Source: a virus. From it: a stretch of 64,000 nt of DNA. The stretch lies in the IMG/VR virus record IMGVR_UViG_3300021185_003351, positions 1-64,000 of that record. One strand, written 5' to 3'. Position numbers and translations under genes: made by a program. How positions within the stretch are numbered: position 1 is the stretch's first letter; the number at the start of each line of letters is the position of its first letter. The notes beneath the pieces were generated by a model that was not told where the DNA came from, ran no database searches, and worked only from the letters and a program-made list of their open reading frames with translations. This document shows positions 8,321 to 16,573 of this stretch, in pieces.

Positions 8321-8762
8321 TGTTTTTGAAAATATTGTTATTAGCTTACCAGAGCTAAATTATTACAAATCATTAGATACTACAGATAAAGTTGAATATT
8401 TTTTAGATCTATATGATATTTCAAAAAAATCAATTAATTATTCCACAGAAGATTTAGCAAAAGGAGTTCAAAACTTTTTTGATGAATTAGAAGCTGACGA
8501 ATCAACTCCAGAATTAGAATCATATGACGTTGGATCTATTAATGGCACTGACAGAGTTGATGTTTTAGTTGATAATGAAAATTTAGTATTAGAATCAAAT
8601 AGTTTAAAAGCTACAAGAGAAATACGTAATCGTTTTTTAGATTGCGGATATTTATTGTCGAGAGACTTGGAAATTGAGGACATGTTAAAACCAGACAAAA
8701 TTACTCGATTTCTAAGGGTCTATAAAATCATAGGTAGAACTTATCATCTATGTTATAATTGA
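8313..8762 (+). CDS. Hypothetical acidic protein (start probably ATG 8313 rather than 8295)
   Basis: Open frame; ATG 8313 overlaps the end of the 8156 ORF. Confidence 0.6.
   Translation: MDNVFENIVISLPELNYYKSLDTTDKVEYFLDLYDISKKSINYSTEDLAKGVQNFFDELEADESTPELESYDVGSINGTDRVDVLVDNENLVLESNSLKATREIRNRFLDCGYLLSRDLEIEDMLKPDKITRFLRVYKIIGRTYHLCYN
8751..8759 (+). promoter_or_regulatory. Extended -10 promoter (TGnTATAAT) upstream of hsp20
   Basis: tgttataat; weak -35 (taggta) at 8731-8736. Confidence 0.45.
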
Positions 8763-8767
8763 GTCAC

Positions 8768-9282
8768 GGTAGGTCTCAATTTATTAAATTAATAACGGTT
8801 AGCTAATGCAACCATAAAACACAGGAGGTTTAAAATGACACATTTTAAAGAAACACTATTATTCAATGACTTCGATTTAGTTTGGAAAAACTTTTTCGAT
8901 CAAAAATCATCTTTTTTACCGGTAACATCAAATAAAATGAATTATCCAGTTGATATATTTTCAACCGATAATGGAATACAGTTTGAAATTGCTGCAGTAG
9001 GAAAAGATAAAGCAGATATTGAAATTTTAACTGAAGGAGAGACGTTAAGAATTCGATATGATAAAGAAACAGAAACAAAGCGTGAATTTATTCACAAAGG
9101 AATTGCTAAACGGGCTTTTGACTTTGCTTGGAAAATATCTAAAGAATTAGATTTAACAAAAGCAAATGCTACAATGGATAAAGGATTATTAACCATTACT
9201 ATTCCATATGCTAAAGATAGAGCACCAAAGCGATTAACAATTAAATAAGTTACAATAAAAAATAAGTTATATGAGACCTACC
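8768..9282. repeat. Perfect 11-bp inverted repeat flanking hsp20 (GGTAGGTCTCA 8768-8778 / TGAGACCTACC 9272-9282), extendable on both sides
   Basis: Read directly; further pairing TGAGT/ACTCA and ATTTATT/AATAAGT. Confidence 0.8.
8835..9248 (+). CDS. hsp20: Small heat-shock protein (Hsp20/IbpA family)
   Basis: NYPVDI, AAVG..K.DI.I, FIHKGIAKRAF, ATMDKGLLTITIP; strong SD AGGAGGT at 8823-8829. Confidence 0.92.
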   Translation: MTHFKETLLFNDFDLVWKNFFDQKSSFLPVTSNKMNYPVDIFSTDNGIQFEIAAVGKDKADIEILTEGETLRIRYDKETETKREFIHKGIAKRAFDFAWKISKELDLTKANATMDKGLLTITIPYAKDRAPKRLTIK

Positions 9283-9474
9283 AACTCATTATGTTTTCTA
9301 CCAACAATAGAATTTCAGCATAAAAGATTTAACGTACGAAGATTAGTTAAAGAAGATCCAAATGAAAATATAGAATTTTGGAAAAATATTATCGAACATG
9401 ATACCGTTTTACGTAAAGATGGATATTTATGGTTTTTAGTTGAAATTACAGCTGTAGAAATATTTGAAGAATGA
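9271..9474 (+). CDS. Hypothetical protein
   Basis: 67 aa ORF, ATGA coupling to the next gene. Confidence 0.6.
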   Translation: MRPTNSLCFLPTIEFQHKRFNVRRLVKEDPNENIEFWKNIIEHDTVLRKDGYLWFLVEITAVEIFEE

Positions 9475-9971
9475 AAAAAAAGAAATTACCAAAGTACGTA
9501 CAAGACATATTTAAAAAACAACAATTTAAAATTGGTGACACTGTTAAATGGGAATTTTTAGGTGAATCTGGTTGGGGGATTGTTAAAAAAATACTAGAAG
9601 CAAATGATAAAATTACTTACATGGTTAAAACGAGCAAGTATACGTATCCTTGTGGTATTCAAATCAAAGAATACTCAAGTTATTACGCCGGATCCATCGA
9701 TTATGAAACCTCAAAAGATAAAAAAGCTATTAGAAACGCCAGAAATGCAACAACTAAGAAACGAGTTGATAATAGAACAAGGGAACAAATTTTTGGAAAT
9801 GGTAGCAATACAATATCAGATACAAGATCTGGATCTATCTCAACGAATAACATTGGGATTAGCAATGGAAAAAACATATCAACAAATAAAGGAAGCCAAA
9901 AGTCAAATCAAAATCCGGAATTAGAACAAGAAATTCAAAAACAACAAAATTTTTTGCGTAAATTCACGTAA
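9471..9971 (+). CDS. Hypothetical protein (SH3/KOW-like N-terminus, low-complexity C-half)
   Basis: FKIGDTVKW...GIVKKI...YMV pattern. Confidence 0.6.
   Translation: MKKKKLPKYVQDIFKKQQFKIGDTVKWEFLGESGWGIVKKILEANDKITYMVKTSKYTYPCGIQIKEYSSYYAGSIDYETSKDKKAIRNARNATTKKRVDNRTREQIFGNGSNTISDTRSGSISTNNIGISNGKNISTNKGSQKSNQNPELEQEIQKQQNFLRKFT
9703..9924 (+). CDS. Nested out-of-frame ORF, 73 aa helical protein
   Basis: MKPQKIKKLLETPEMQQLRNELIIEQ... is protein-like where the host frame is N/S/T-rich. Confidence 0.5.
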   Translation: MKPQKIKKLLETPEMQQLRNELIIEQGNKFLEMVAIQYQIQDLDLSQRITLGLAMEKTYQQIKEAKSQIKIRN

Positions 9972-10021
9972 ATTAATATTTATATAAAAGAAGTATAAAC
10001 AATATAAAAAGAAAGGTTATA

Positions 10022-10201
10022 ATGTCAAAATTTGTATATAAAGAGCAAGTATTAGATTTAGTAGTAGATACTGCTGATATTATTAGAACAATTGGTCGTG
10101 GAGTTGAAAATAAAACAATAGACCCTCAATCAGCATTACATAATTTGTCATCTGCTTTACAGAAAATGGAAGCAGCTGCAGGATATTTAAGAAAATCATG
10201 A
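10022..10201 (+). CDS. Small hypothetical protein, 59 aa; not in the ORF track
   Basis: MSKFVYKEQVLDLVV...AAGYLRKS; ATATTTAT at 9976-9983; ATGA coupling to 10198. Confidence 0.7.
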   Translation: MSKFVYKEQVLDLVVDTADIIRTIGRGVENKTIDPQSALHNLSSALQKMEAAAGYLRKS

Positions 10202-11217
10202 AACACTCGTTTCCGTATTTAGTATTAATAGCGGCATTAGCATTAGCATCAAGTGCCGCTTATTATAGTGTATACGGGATTAGTAAATTATTTTCTGCAC
10301 AAGCAGTTGCAGTAGCTATTATGGCTGGAACATTAGAAGCTTCAAAATTAATTGCTGCAACATATTTACATCGATATTGGAAAAAAATAAATTTTTTATT
10401 TAAATTGTATTTAACGTCTGCTGTTATTATATTAATGTTAATAACATCTATAGGTATATATGGATTTTTAACAGCTTCATACCAAACAACTGCAAATGAA
10501 TTATTTATAATGGATAAACAAATATCTGTTATAGAAATGAAAAAATTTAGATATAATGAACAATTAAATGGATATACCTCTGAAAAAACACAATTAGCTG
10601 GTTCTATTACAGAATTAACAAAAGGTTTATCTAATAATAAGGTTCAGTGGAGAGATAAAGAAACTGGTCAAATTATTACATCAACTTCAAGTAGAACAAG
10701 AAAAGTATTACAAAGTCAATTAAATGACTTTAAAACACAAAGAAATAAAGTATCTTCGAAGATTGAAAAGCTTACCGACTCAGTGACTAAGTTAGATTTA
10801 CAAGTTTTAGATCTCCAATCTAATTCAGAAGTAGCTAATGAAATTGGACCTTTAAAATATGTTTCTGAATTATTAGATAAGCCTATGAATCAAGTAGTAA
10901 ATTGGTTTATATTAATTTTTATATTTGTATTTGACCCATTAGCAGTAGTATTATTAATTGCAGCTAATAAAGCTTTTGATATTTTAACTCCAGATACAAA
11001 AGAAAATATATATGGAGAACAAGTTATAAAAAATAGTAATCCGGATGCTTTTAGGCCTCCACATCCATCTGATGCTGTTGATTTCGAAAATGTTAAAATA
11101 TGGGACGAAGACGATGCAGAAAAAAGAATGGATATTATAGGTCAGAATGGTAATGAAGGATTACATTACAAGGATAAGGAAACTCCTCGTCCAGGAAAAA
11201 CAAAAGTTATATCATGA
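10198..11217 (+). CDS. Membrane protein with a central coiled coil
   Basis: About 3 N-terminal TM helices, coiled coil, EIGPLKY and FVFDPLAV TM segment. Confidence 0.75.
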   Translation: MKHSFPYLVLIAALALASSAAYYSVYGISKLFSAQAVAVAIMAGTLEASKLIAATYLHRYWKKINFLFKLYLTSAVIILMLITSIGIYGFLTASYQTTANELFIMDKQISVIEMKKFRYNEQLNGYTSEKTQLAGSITELTKGLSNNKVQWRDKETGQIITSTSSRTRKVLQSQLNDFKTQRNKVSSKIEKLTDSVTKLDLQVLDLQSNSEVANEIGPLKYVSELLDKPMNQVVNWFILIFIFVFDPLAVVLLIAANKAFDILTPDTKENIYGEQVIKNSNPDAFRPPHPSDAVDFENVKIWDEDDAEKRMDIIGQNGNEGLHYKDKETPRPGKTKVIS

Positions 11218-11372
11218 GAAAATTAATTAAAAAAAGTACAATAACTAAAAAATTACAATGTAGATGTAAAAATTGTACTAATATAGTAGAAGTTGCTTCT
11301 ACATCATTATCAGTTGTATGCTCTTCTTGCACATTTAAAATGGCAGAAGGTATATTGGAATATTCCAAATAA
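11214..11372 (+). CDS. Small Zn-ribbon protein, 52 aa; not in the ORF track
   Basis: CRCKNC...CSSC; ATGA coupling. Confidence 0.6.
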   Translation: MRKLIKKSTITKKLQCRCKNCTNIVEVASTSLSVVCSSCTFKMAEGILEYSK

Positions 11373-11383
11373 TTTATTATAAT
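11355..11383 (+). promoter_or_regulatory. Sigma70-like promoter TTGGAA-N17-TATAAT
   Basis: Exact spacing; ATG at 11396. Confidence 0.7.
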
Positions 11384-11395
11384 AAATAAAAAGTT

Positions 11396-12169
11396 ATGTT
11401 AGAAGCAGAAAAAATTAAATCCAACTGGGATGAATATAGAAATAGAGTTAATACTTTATTTCCAGATAGGGCAGAAAAATTAAATAAATTATATGATGAG
11501 TATGAAGACAGGATCATAATGATGCCAGCTTCTTCAGTTGCTCATTATCATAATGCATTCGCTGGAGGATATATTGATCATGTACTGAGAGTTATGGATT
11601 GTACAGAAAAATTGTATAATTCTTGGGAAAGTATGGGATCTGATATGTCTGGCTACGAATATAATGAGATGATGTTTGCAGCAATGCATCATGATTTAGG
11701 CAAATGTGGATTTCCTGGTAAAGGAAGAGAAGTATATCAAGTAGAAACGTCTGACTGGCATAGAAAGAATATGGGAAGAATGTATAAGCATAATGAAAAT
11801 ATACCTTTCACAATGGTACCAGATCTTTCAATATATTTACTTCAAAAATATCAAGTTCAAATGTCTTGGAATGAATATCAAGCTATTAGAATACATGATG
11901 GTATATATGATGATGCTAATAAACCATATTTTATTGCAAGATCAGCACAAGCTAAATTAAAAACTAATTTGCCTTTGCTATTACATCATGCAGATCATAT
12001 GGCATCTCAAATAGAATATGAAAGATGGAGATCGTATAAAAATAATTCTCCTAACCCAGTTAGTGCTAAAACAAAAGCTACTAAAAAAACAGCTATTAAA
12101 AATTTAGCAGAACAAAATCCAGAAATTGATAAATCAATAACAGATATATTTAAAACATTTAACGACTAA
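11396..12169 (+). CDS. HD-domain phosphohydrolase (YhaM-like)
   Basis: PAS...YHNAFAGGYIDH, HHDLGK, IRIHDG, LHHAD. Confidence 0.85.
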   Translation: MLEAEKIKSNWDEYRNRVNTLFPDRAEKLNKLYDEYEDRIIMMPASSVAHYHNAFAGGYIDHVLRVMDCTEKLYNSWESMGSDMSGYEYNEMMFAAMHHDLGKCGFPGKGREVYQVETSDWHRKNMGRMYKHNENIPFTMVPDLSIYLLQKYQVQMSWNEYQAIRIHDGIYDDANKPYFIARSAQAKLKTNLPLLLHHADHMASQIEYERWRSYKNNSPNPVSAKTKATKKTAIKNLAEQNPEIDKSITDIFKTFND

Positions 12170-12172
12170 ATC

Positions 12173-12463
12173 ATGGAAATAATAACAATTATATTAATGT
12201 CAGGATCTCTTATATATTTTGTATGGAGAGCATTGTCATTAGCCGATAAAGTTGCAGATCAAGAAGAATATATCGAAGAATTAGAAGAAATGTCTCAATA
12301 TATGTATAATCAAATTGAAAATTCATATACCGCATTAAATAATATAGACAGTAGAGGAGCATTCGAAGCAGATGACGAAACAGGTACTGTATTTAGTCAA
12401 TTAAAACAAGTAGTAACAAATTTACAGGAAGAATTTAATGCCAAGGAAAAAGAAAGCAAGTAA
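12173..12463 (+). CDS. Membrane-anchored coiled-coil protein
   Basis: N-terminal hydrophobic helix; FEADDETG motif. Confidence 0.65.
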   Translation: MEIITIILMSGSLIYFVWRALSLADKVADQEEYIEELEEMSQYMYNQIENSYTALNNIDSRGAFEADDETGTVFSQLKQVVTNLQEEFNAKEKESK

Positions 12464-13139
12464 TAGATATTGGACAAAAATAACTGAATATTCAATATCC
12501 GCATATAATAGATGTACAGATAATCAAGTATTAAAAGAACGAATTTATAGAAGATTTATATTTCCTGCTTATATGAAATTGGCAGAAAATTTAATTAATA
12601 AAATGAAATGTGATTATATCGATTCATCTTTTAAAGATTTACAAACTGATTTGGTTACTTATTTAACAATGAGGCTAGATAAATTTAATCCAGAGCACGG
12701 TAAAGCATATTCATATTATACTAGAACGTCATTTAATTATTTAATTGCAGAAAATCAAAAAGGTTATGCAAAATTGAAAAAAATGACAGAGCCAATTAAT
12801 GTTGACGAACAACGTAACGTGCAAACTGAAATGCATAATGACGAAATGAAGGAAACATTAAAAATATTCATGGATTCATATATACAATATTGTTATGACA
12901 ATATTAATTTTATTTTTTCAAATCAATCTGACATACATGTTGCTGACTCAATTCTTCATATATTTGAGAATAGAGAAAATATAGAGCAGTATAACAAAAA
13001 AGCTTTATATGTCTTTATACGTGAGCGTACGGGGCTACAAACGAATAATATAACTAGAGTTATTAAGGTTTTAAAACAAATATATTCTGAAAAGTTTCTT
13101 GAATATGAACAAACCGAATTTGTGAATTTACCCTTTTGA
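12438..13139 (+). CDS. gp55: gp55-like late-transcription sigma factor
   Basis: KLAENLI...LDKFNPEHGKAYSYYTRTSFNYLI resembles sigma region 2 of T4 gp55. Confidence 0.7.
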   Translation: MPRKKKASNRYWTKITEYSISAYNRCTDNQVLKERIYRRFIFPAYMKLAENLINKMKCDYIDSSFKDLQTDLVTYLTMRLDKFNPEHGKAYSYYTRTSFNYLIAENQKGYAKLKKMTEPINVDEQRNVQTEMHNDEMKETLKIFMDSYIQYCYDNINFIFSNQSDIHVADSILHIFENRENIEQYNKKALYVFIRERTGLQTNNITRVIKVLKQIYSEKFLEYEQTEFVNLPF

Positions 13140-13163
13140 TATTTATTATTAAAAGGTCTTATT

Positions 13164-13601
13164 ATGGATATTAAAGAAGAATTATTTAAAGGAACAAGCT
13201 TTGCTGACTTAATGTCTGATGTTTATCACAATTCAAAAAAGAAAGATAGACAAATAAATCAACTTATAGCACAATTACAGCCTCTCATAAGAAACGCATC
13301 TGATGCCACTATTATAGTACCATTAATTAAAGAATACCTAGACGTCGCAGTAAAAAATGATGATCACCTAGTAAAATTAACTGCTATTACACAACGTTAT
13401 ATTTCAACCACCCAAACTATATCTGGAGAATCATCTTTATTAAGTGATGATGAAAAACAACAATTGTTGGAGATGGCTAGTAAAGATTTCGAAGAAGAGT
13501 TATCTAATGAAATTGATGAAATCGATCAAGAAGCTAAAGAAATTAAAGAAAAAATATCAAATGTAAAATCTACTTTGGAGAATAATAATGTCATTAAATA
13601 A
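13164..13601 (+). CDS. Hypothetical helical protein (possible terminase small subunit)
   Basis: Helical, late motif at 13139-13146; function speculative. Confidence 0.35.
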   Translation: MDIKEELFKGTSFADLMSDVYHNSKKKDRQINQLIAQLQPLIRNASDATIIVPLIKEYLDVAVKNDDHLVKLTAITQRYISTTQTISGESSLLSDDEKQQLLEMASKDFEEELSNEIDEIDQEAKEIKEKISNVKSTLENNNVIK

Positions 13602-14598
13602 TACAGTTACATTTAAATTTGCCGAAGTAGTTAATACATATGAAGATACTTATAAGTATTCAGAAGAACATGTTGATAATCTATTTAAAATTGATGTTCA
13701 AACATATGGAGAGTTGGATTCTAGAATTTTATCAGCCCGGCCGGCAAATCCTAATATAAAACAAATTCCATTAATTGGAGAGCATGTTATTATATTTAGT
13801 GCATTACAACAAGAGTCTACCGGTAGTAAAAGAAAAATTCAATGGTACTATTTACCAGCTTATACTATACAATCAGCTATAAATAATAATGCACTACCAG
13901 GTATATCTCGTATAAGGGGCGATCAAGAAAATGAAGAGTCAGTATATGATCAAGCTTTAGGAAAAACGTTTGAAGAAAAAAGAATATCACCATTACAACC
14001 ATATGAAGGAGATATTTTATTTGAAGGCAGATTTAGTAATAGTATTAGATTAAGTAGTACAGTTACTAAGAATAATTATACAATAGCTCCTTCTTGGTCC
14101 GGAGATACAAATGGAGATCCTATTATTATTATTTCAAATGGACGTAAAGATAAAGCTAATAAACAATTTATAGTAGAATCATTTGATTCTGATCAATCAT
14201 CTATATACTTAACATCAACACAAAAAATTAATACTTTATCGTTATCGACTGGATTAACAAAATCTAGGTCATTAACTGATTTTAATAATTCTCAATTAAT
14301 TGGGGACGCTCATCGTATTATATTACGTGCAAAATCAGATTCAATTATATTAGATACTCCTAATAGAATAACATTAAATACACCGGATTTACGAATTGGA
14401 TCTGAATCTGCAAAACATCCTTTAGTAAAAGGTGACGAATTAAAAAATATCTTAGCTGAATTAATTAATATTATATCTGCAGGTGTAGTTTATGCACCAG
14501 CTGGAATTGTATCAACTCCAATAGAATACAATAAATTATTACAGTTACGAGAAAAACTAGGAAATATTAATAGTAGTAATCATTATTTGGATAAATAA
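13588..14598 (+). CDS. Baseplate hub/spike protein (gp5/gpV-like OB fold)
   Basis: KQIPLIGEHVII; PYEGDILFEGRFSNSIRL; C-terminal beta repeats and PLVKGDEL. Confidence 0.65.
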   Translation: MSLNNTVTFKFAEVVNTYEDTYKYSEEHVDNLFKIDVQTYGELDSRILSARPANPNIKQIPLIGEHVIIFSALQQESTGSKRKIQWYYLPAYTIQSAINNNALPGISRIRGDQENEESVYDQALGKTFEEKRISPLQPYEGDILFEGRFSNSIRLSSTVTKNNYTIAPSWSGDTNGDPIIIISNGRKDKANKQFIVESFDSDQSSIYLTSTQKINTLSLSTGLTKSRSLTDFNNSQLIGDAHRIILRAKSDSIILDTPNRITLNTPDLRIGSESAKHPLVKGDELKNILAELINIISAGVVYAPAGIVSTPIEYNKLLQLREKLGNINSSNHYLDK

Positions 14599-14599
14599 C

Positions 14600-15625
14600 A
14601 TGTTAACTCCACCATTAAATAAAATACCAATAATACCAGATCAATTAGTAAATATAATTGATGATCAAATTATTAAATTATTAGATAATATTACATTTAA
14701 TGTAACTATAGCAATTCAAGAAGCTATATCATTACCTGATGATATAAAATGTGATGATCCTAGGATAGAAGCATTAAGAAAAAGAATTGAACAAGTAAAT
14801 AATTTAATAACAAAATTACAAAAAATTATACCAATCATTGATAAGATAACAACTGGGTTACAAACTATTGTAGGAATTGCTAATACAATTAAAGCAGCTC
14901 AATTATTAAATCCATTAACAGCCCCAATGGTAATTATTCCAGAATTAATATTAACACAAAATTTAACTATAGCAAATGCAGGAGAAGCTGTTAAAAAATT
15001 AACTAAAGGAATAGGACCAAAAATAAATGCAAATTTAAATGAATTAATTTCTAGTTTAGTTCCTGTTGCAAATATAATAGGACAAGCTTGTAATCAAAAT
15101 TCTGCAGATATTGGTATAGCTGGTACAGCTGGATTACAATCTGCATTAAATGATTTAGATTATTCAGATTCAATTCCAGGGTATCCAGGTGGTAAATGGA
15201 TATTGATTTCTGGATCTGGGGAATTAGGTTCTCCAATTGGCATACCGCCTTCGCCTAAATCTCCATATAATGATGGACAAGGAACATGGTTTTGGTCTGG
15301 TAAAGGATATAATAATACTAATGGAGTAGGTTGGGGATCTACTGGAAGTAGAAATGATGATTATACAATTGGTACTGAATTTTATACTTCGGATAATGTT
15401 TCATCTGACGACATGAAACAATATTTAAGTATAGTTAATAATTTAGTTGATTCACAACAAAGTTTATTAACGTCATTGCAAGAAGCTCCAGCTCAATCAT
15501 TTAGTGGAGAAACCCCACCTAGTGATGATTTAGGAAAAATTGGTGATTATTATGTTGATACTGTATCTAATCATATATACGGTCCTAAAACAAATACTGG
15601 CTGGAATACGCCCGTAAATTATTAA
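14600..15625 (+). CDS. Putative virion structural protein
   Basis: Baseplate context; C-terminal GETPP..LGKIGDYYVD...IYGPKT..GW fibre-type motif. Confidence 0.5.
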   Translation: MLTPPLNKIPIIPDQLVNIIDDQIIKLLDNITFNVTIAIQEAISLPDDIKCDDPRIEALRKRIEQVNNLITKLQKIIPIIDKITTGLQTIVGIANTIKAAQLLNPLTAPMVIIPELILTQNLTIANAGEAVKKLTKGIGPKINANLNELISSLVPVANIIGQACNQNSADIGIAGTAGLQSALNDLDYSDSIPGYPGGKWILISGSGELGSPIGIPPSPKSPYNDGQGTWFWSGKGYNNTNGVGWGSTGSRNDDYTIGTEFYTSDNVSSDDMKQYLSIVNNLVDSQQSLLTSLQEAPAQSFSGETPPSDDLGKIGDYYVDTVSNHIYGPKTNTGWNTPVNY

Positions 15626-15654
15626 TAGTAATATTTATTAAAAAAGAAGAACGA

Positions 15655-16119
15655 ATGGAACAATCAAAATTTATCAAAACTTTAAGAAAAGTTATACAAG
15701 AAGAAATACGTTCTGTTATAAAACAAGAATTAACAGAAATATTGCAAGAAGGATTAAAATCTACAATATCTACGATTTCAGAAGAAAAACAAGTTACAAA
15801 CACAAAACATATGCCTGTTAAAACATCTAAGAATAAAGTTAATTTTAAAGAAACAAAATTTGCAGATATATTAAATGAGACAACAAAATTAACAGATCAT
15901 AAGAGTGCTAGTGATTATAAAGATTTAATGACAGAAGATATAGTAATGACATCAGCTGATGCTCAAGGATTTGGAATGCAAAGAAATATTCATCAAACAG
16001 CGGTAATGACAGATCCAGAATCCGGTAAGTCGTTAAAAGTAGATCCTACAATACAAAAAGCAATGACACGAGATTATTCTGCATTGATGAAAGCAATTGA
16101 TAATAAAAAGAAAAGGTAA
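15655..16119 (+). CDS. Hypothetical protein (LRKVIQEEI...ILQE leader)
   Basis: 154 aa; late motif at 15631-15638. Confidence 0.65.
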   Translation: MEQSKFIKTLRKVIQEEIRSVIKQELTEILQEGLKSTISTISEEKQVTNTKHMPVKTSKNKVNFKETKFADILNETTKLTDHKSASDYKDLMTEDIVMTSADAQGFGMQRNIHQTAVMTDPESGKSLKVDPTIQKAMTRDYSALMKAIDNKKKR

Positions 16120-16122
16120 TGA

Positions 16123-16566
16123 ATGGCATATCAAGTTGTAACAGCTAATGATATAACTAAAAATCCAGATGTCGCAATTGGAGTTAAATTTCCATTTAAT
16201 GGCAAAGGTATTTTTACAAAAAGTTTTACAACAGATGATCAAGCATTAACAAATATAAAAAGTTTATTATTAACAAGAAAAGGGGAACGTTTCGAACAAC
16301 CAAATTTTGGTACAGATTTACTAAATGTTTTATTTGAACCAATAACAAGTGAATTAAAAACGTTTATTGAAGAAACAATTACATCTGCAGTTGCACTTTG
16401 GTTACCATATATTCAAATATCTAATTTAGATATAGTTACATTAGAAGAAGATCCAAATTTGGGTCATGAAATAAAAATATCAGTTGGATTTATTGTTACT
16501 GGTATTGGATCTGAACAAACAATTATTATTTTTGCAGATCAGAATGGAATTGTAAGAATTGAATAA
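16123..16566 (+). CDS. gp25: Baseplate wedge subunit, gp25-like
   Basis: NIKSLLLTRKGERFEQPNFGTDL..LFEP. Confidence 0.9.
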   Translation: MAYQVVTANDITKNPDVAIGVKFPFNGKGIFTKSFTTDDQALTNIKSLLLTRKGERFEQPNFGTDLLNVLFEPITSELKTFIEETITSAVALWLPYIQISNLDIVTLEEDPNLGHEIKISVGFIVTGIGSEQTIIIFADQNGIVRIE

Positions 16567-16573
16567 GGAATAT

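Noticed and set aside
8772-9278. Inward-facing BsaI sites (GGTCTC...GAGACC) around hsp20, resembling a Golden Gate cloning part
   Set aside because: Complementarity extends well beyond the sites, one overhang would be palindromic (TATA), and the 3' arm encodes a native gene start; natural pairing is more plausible
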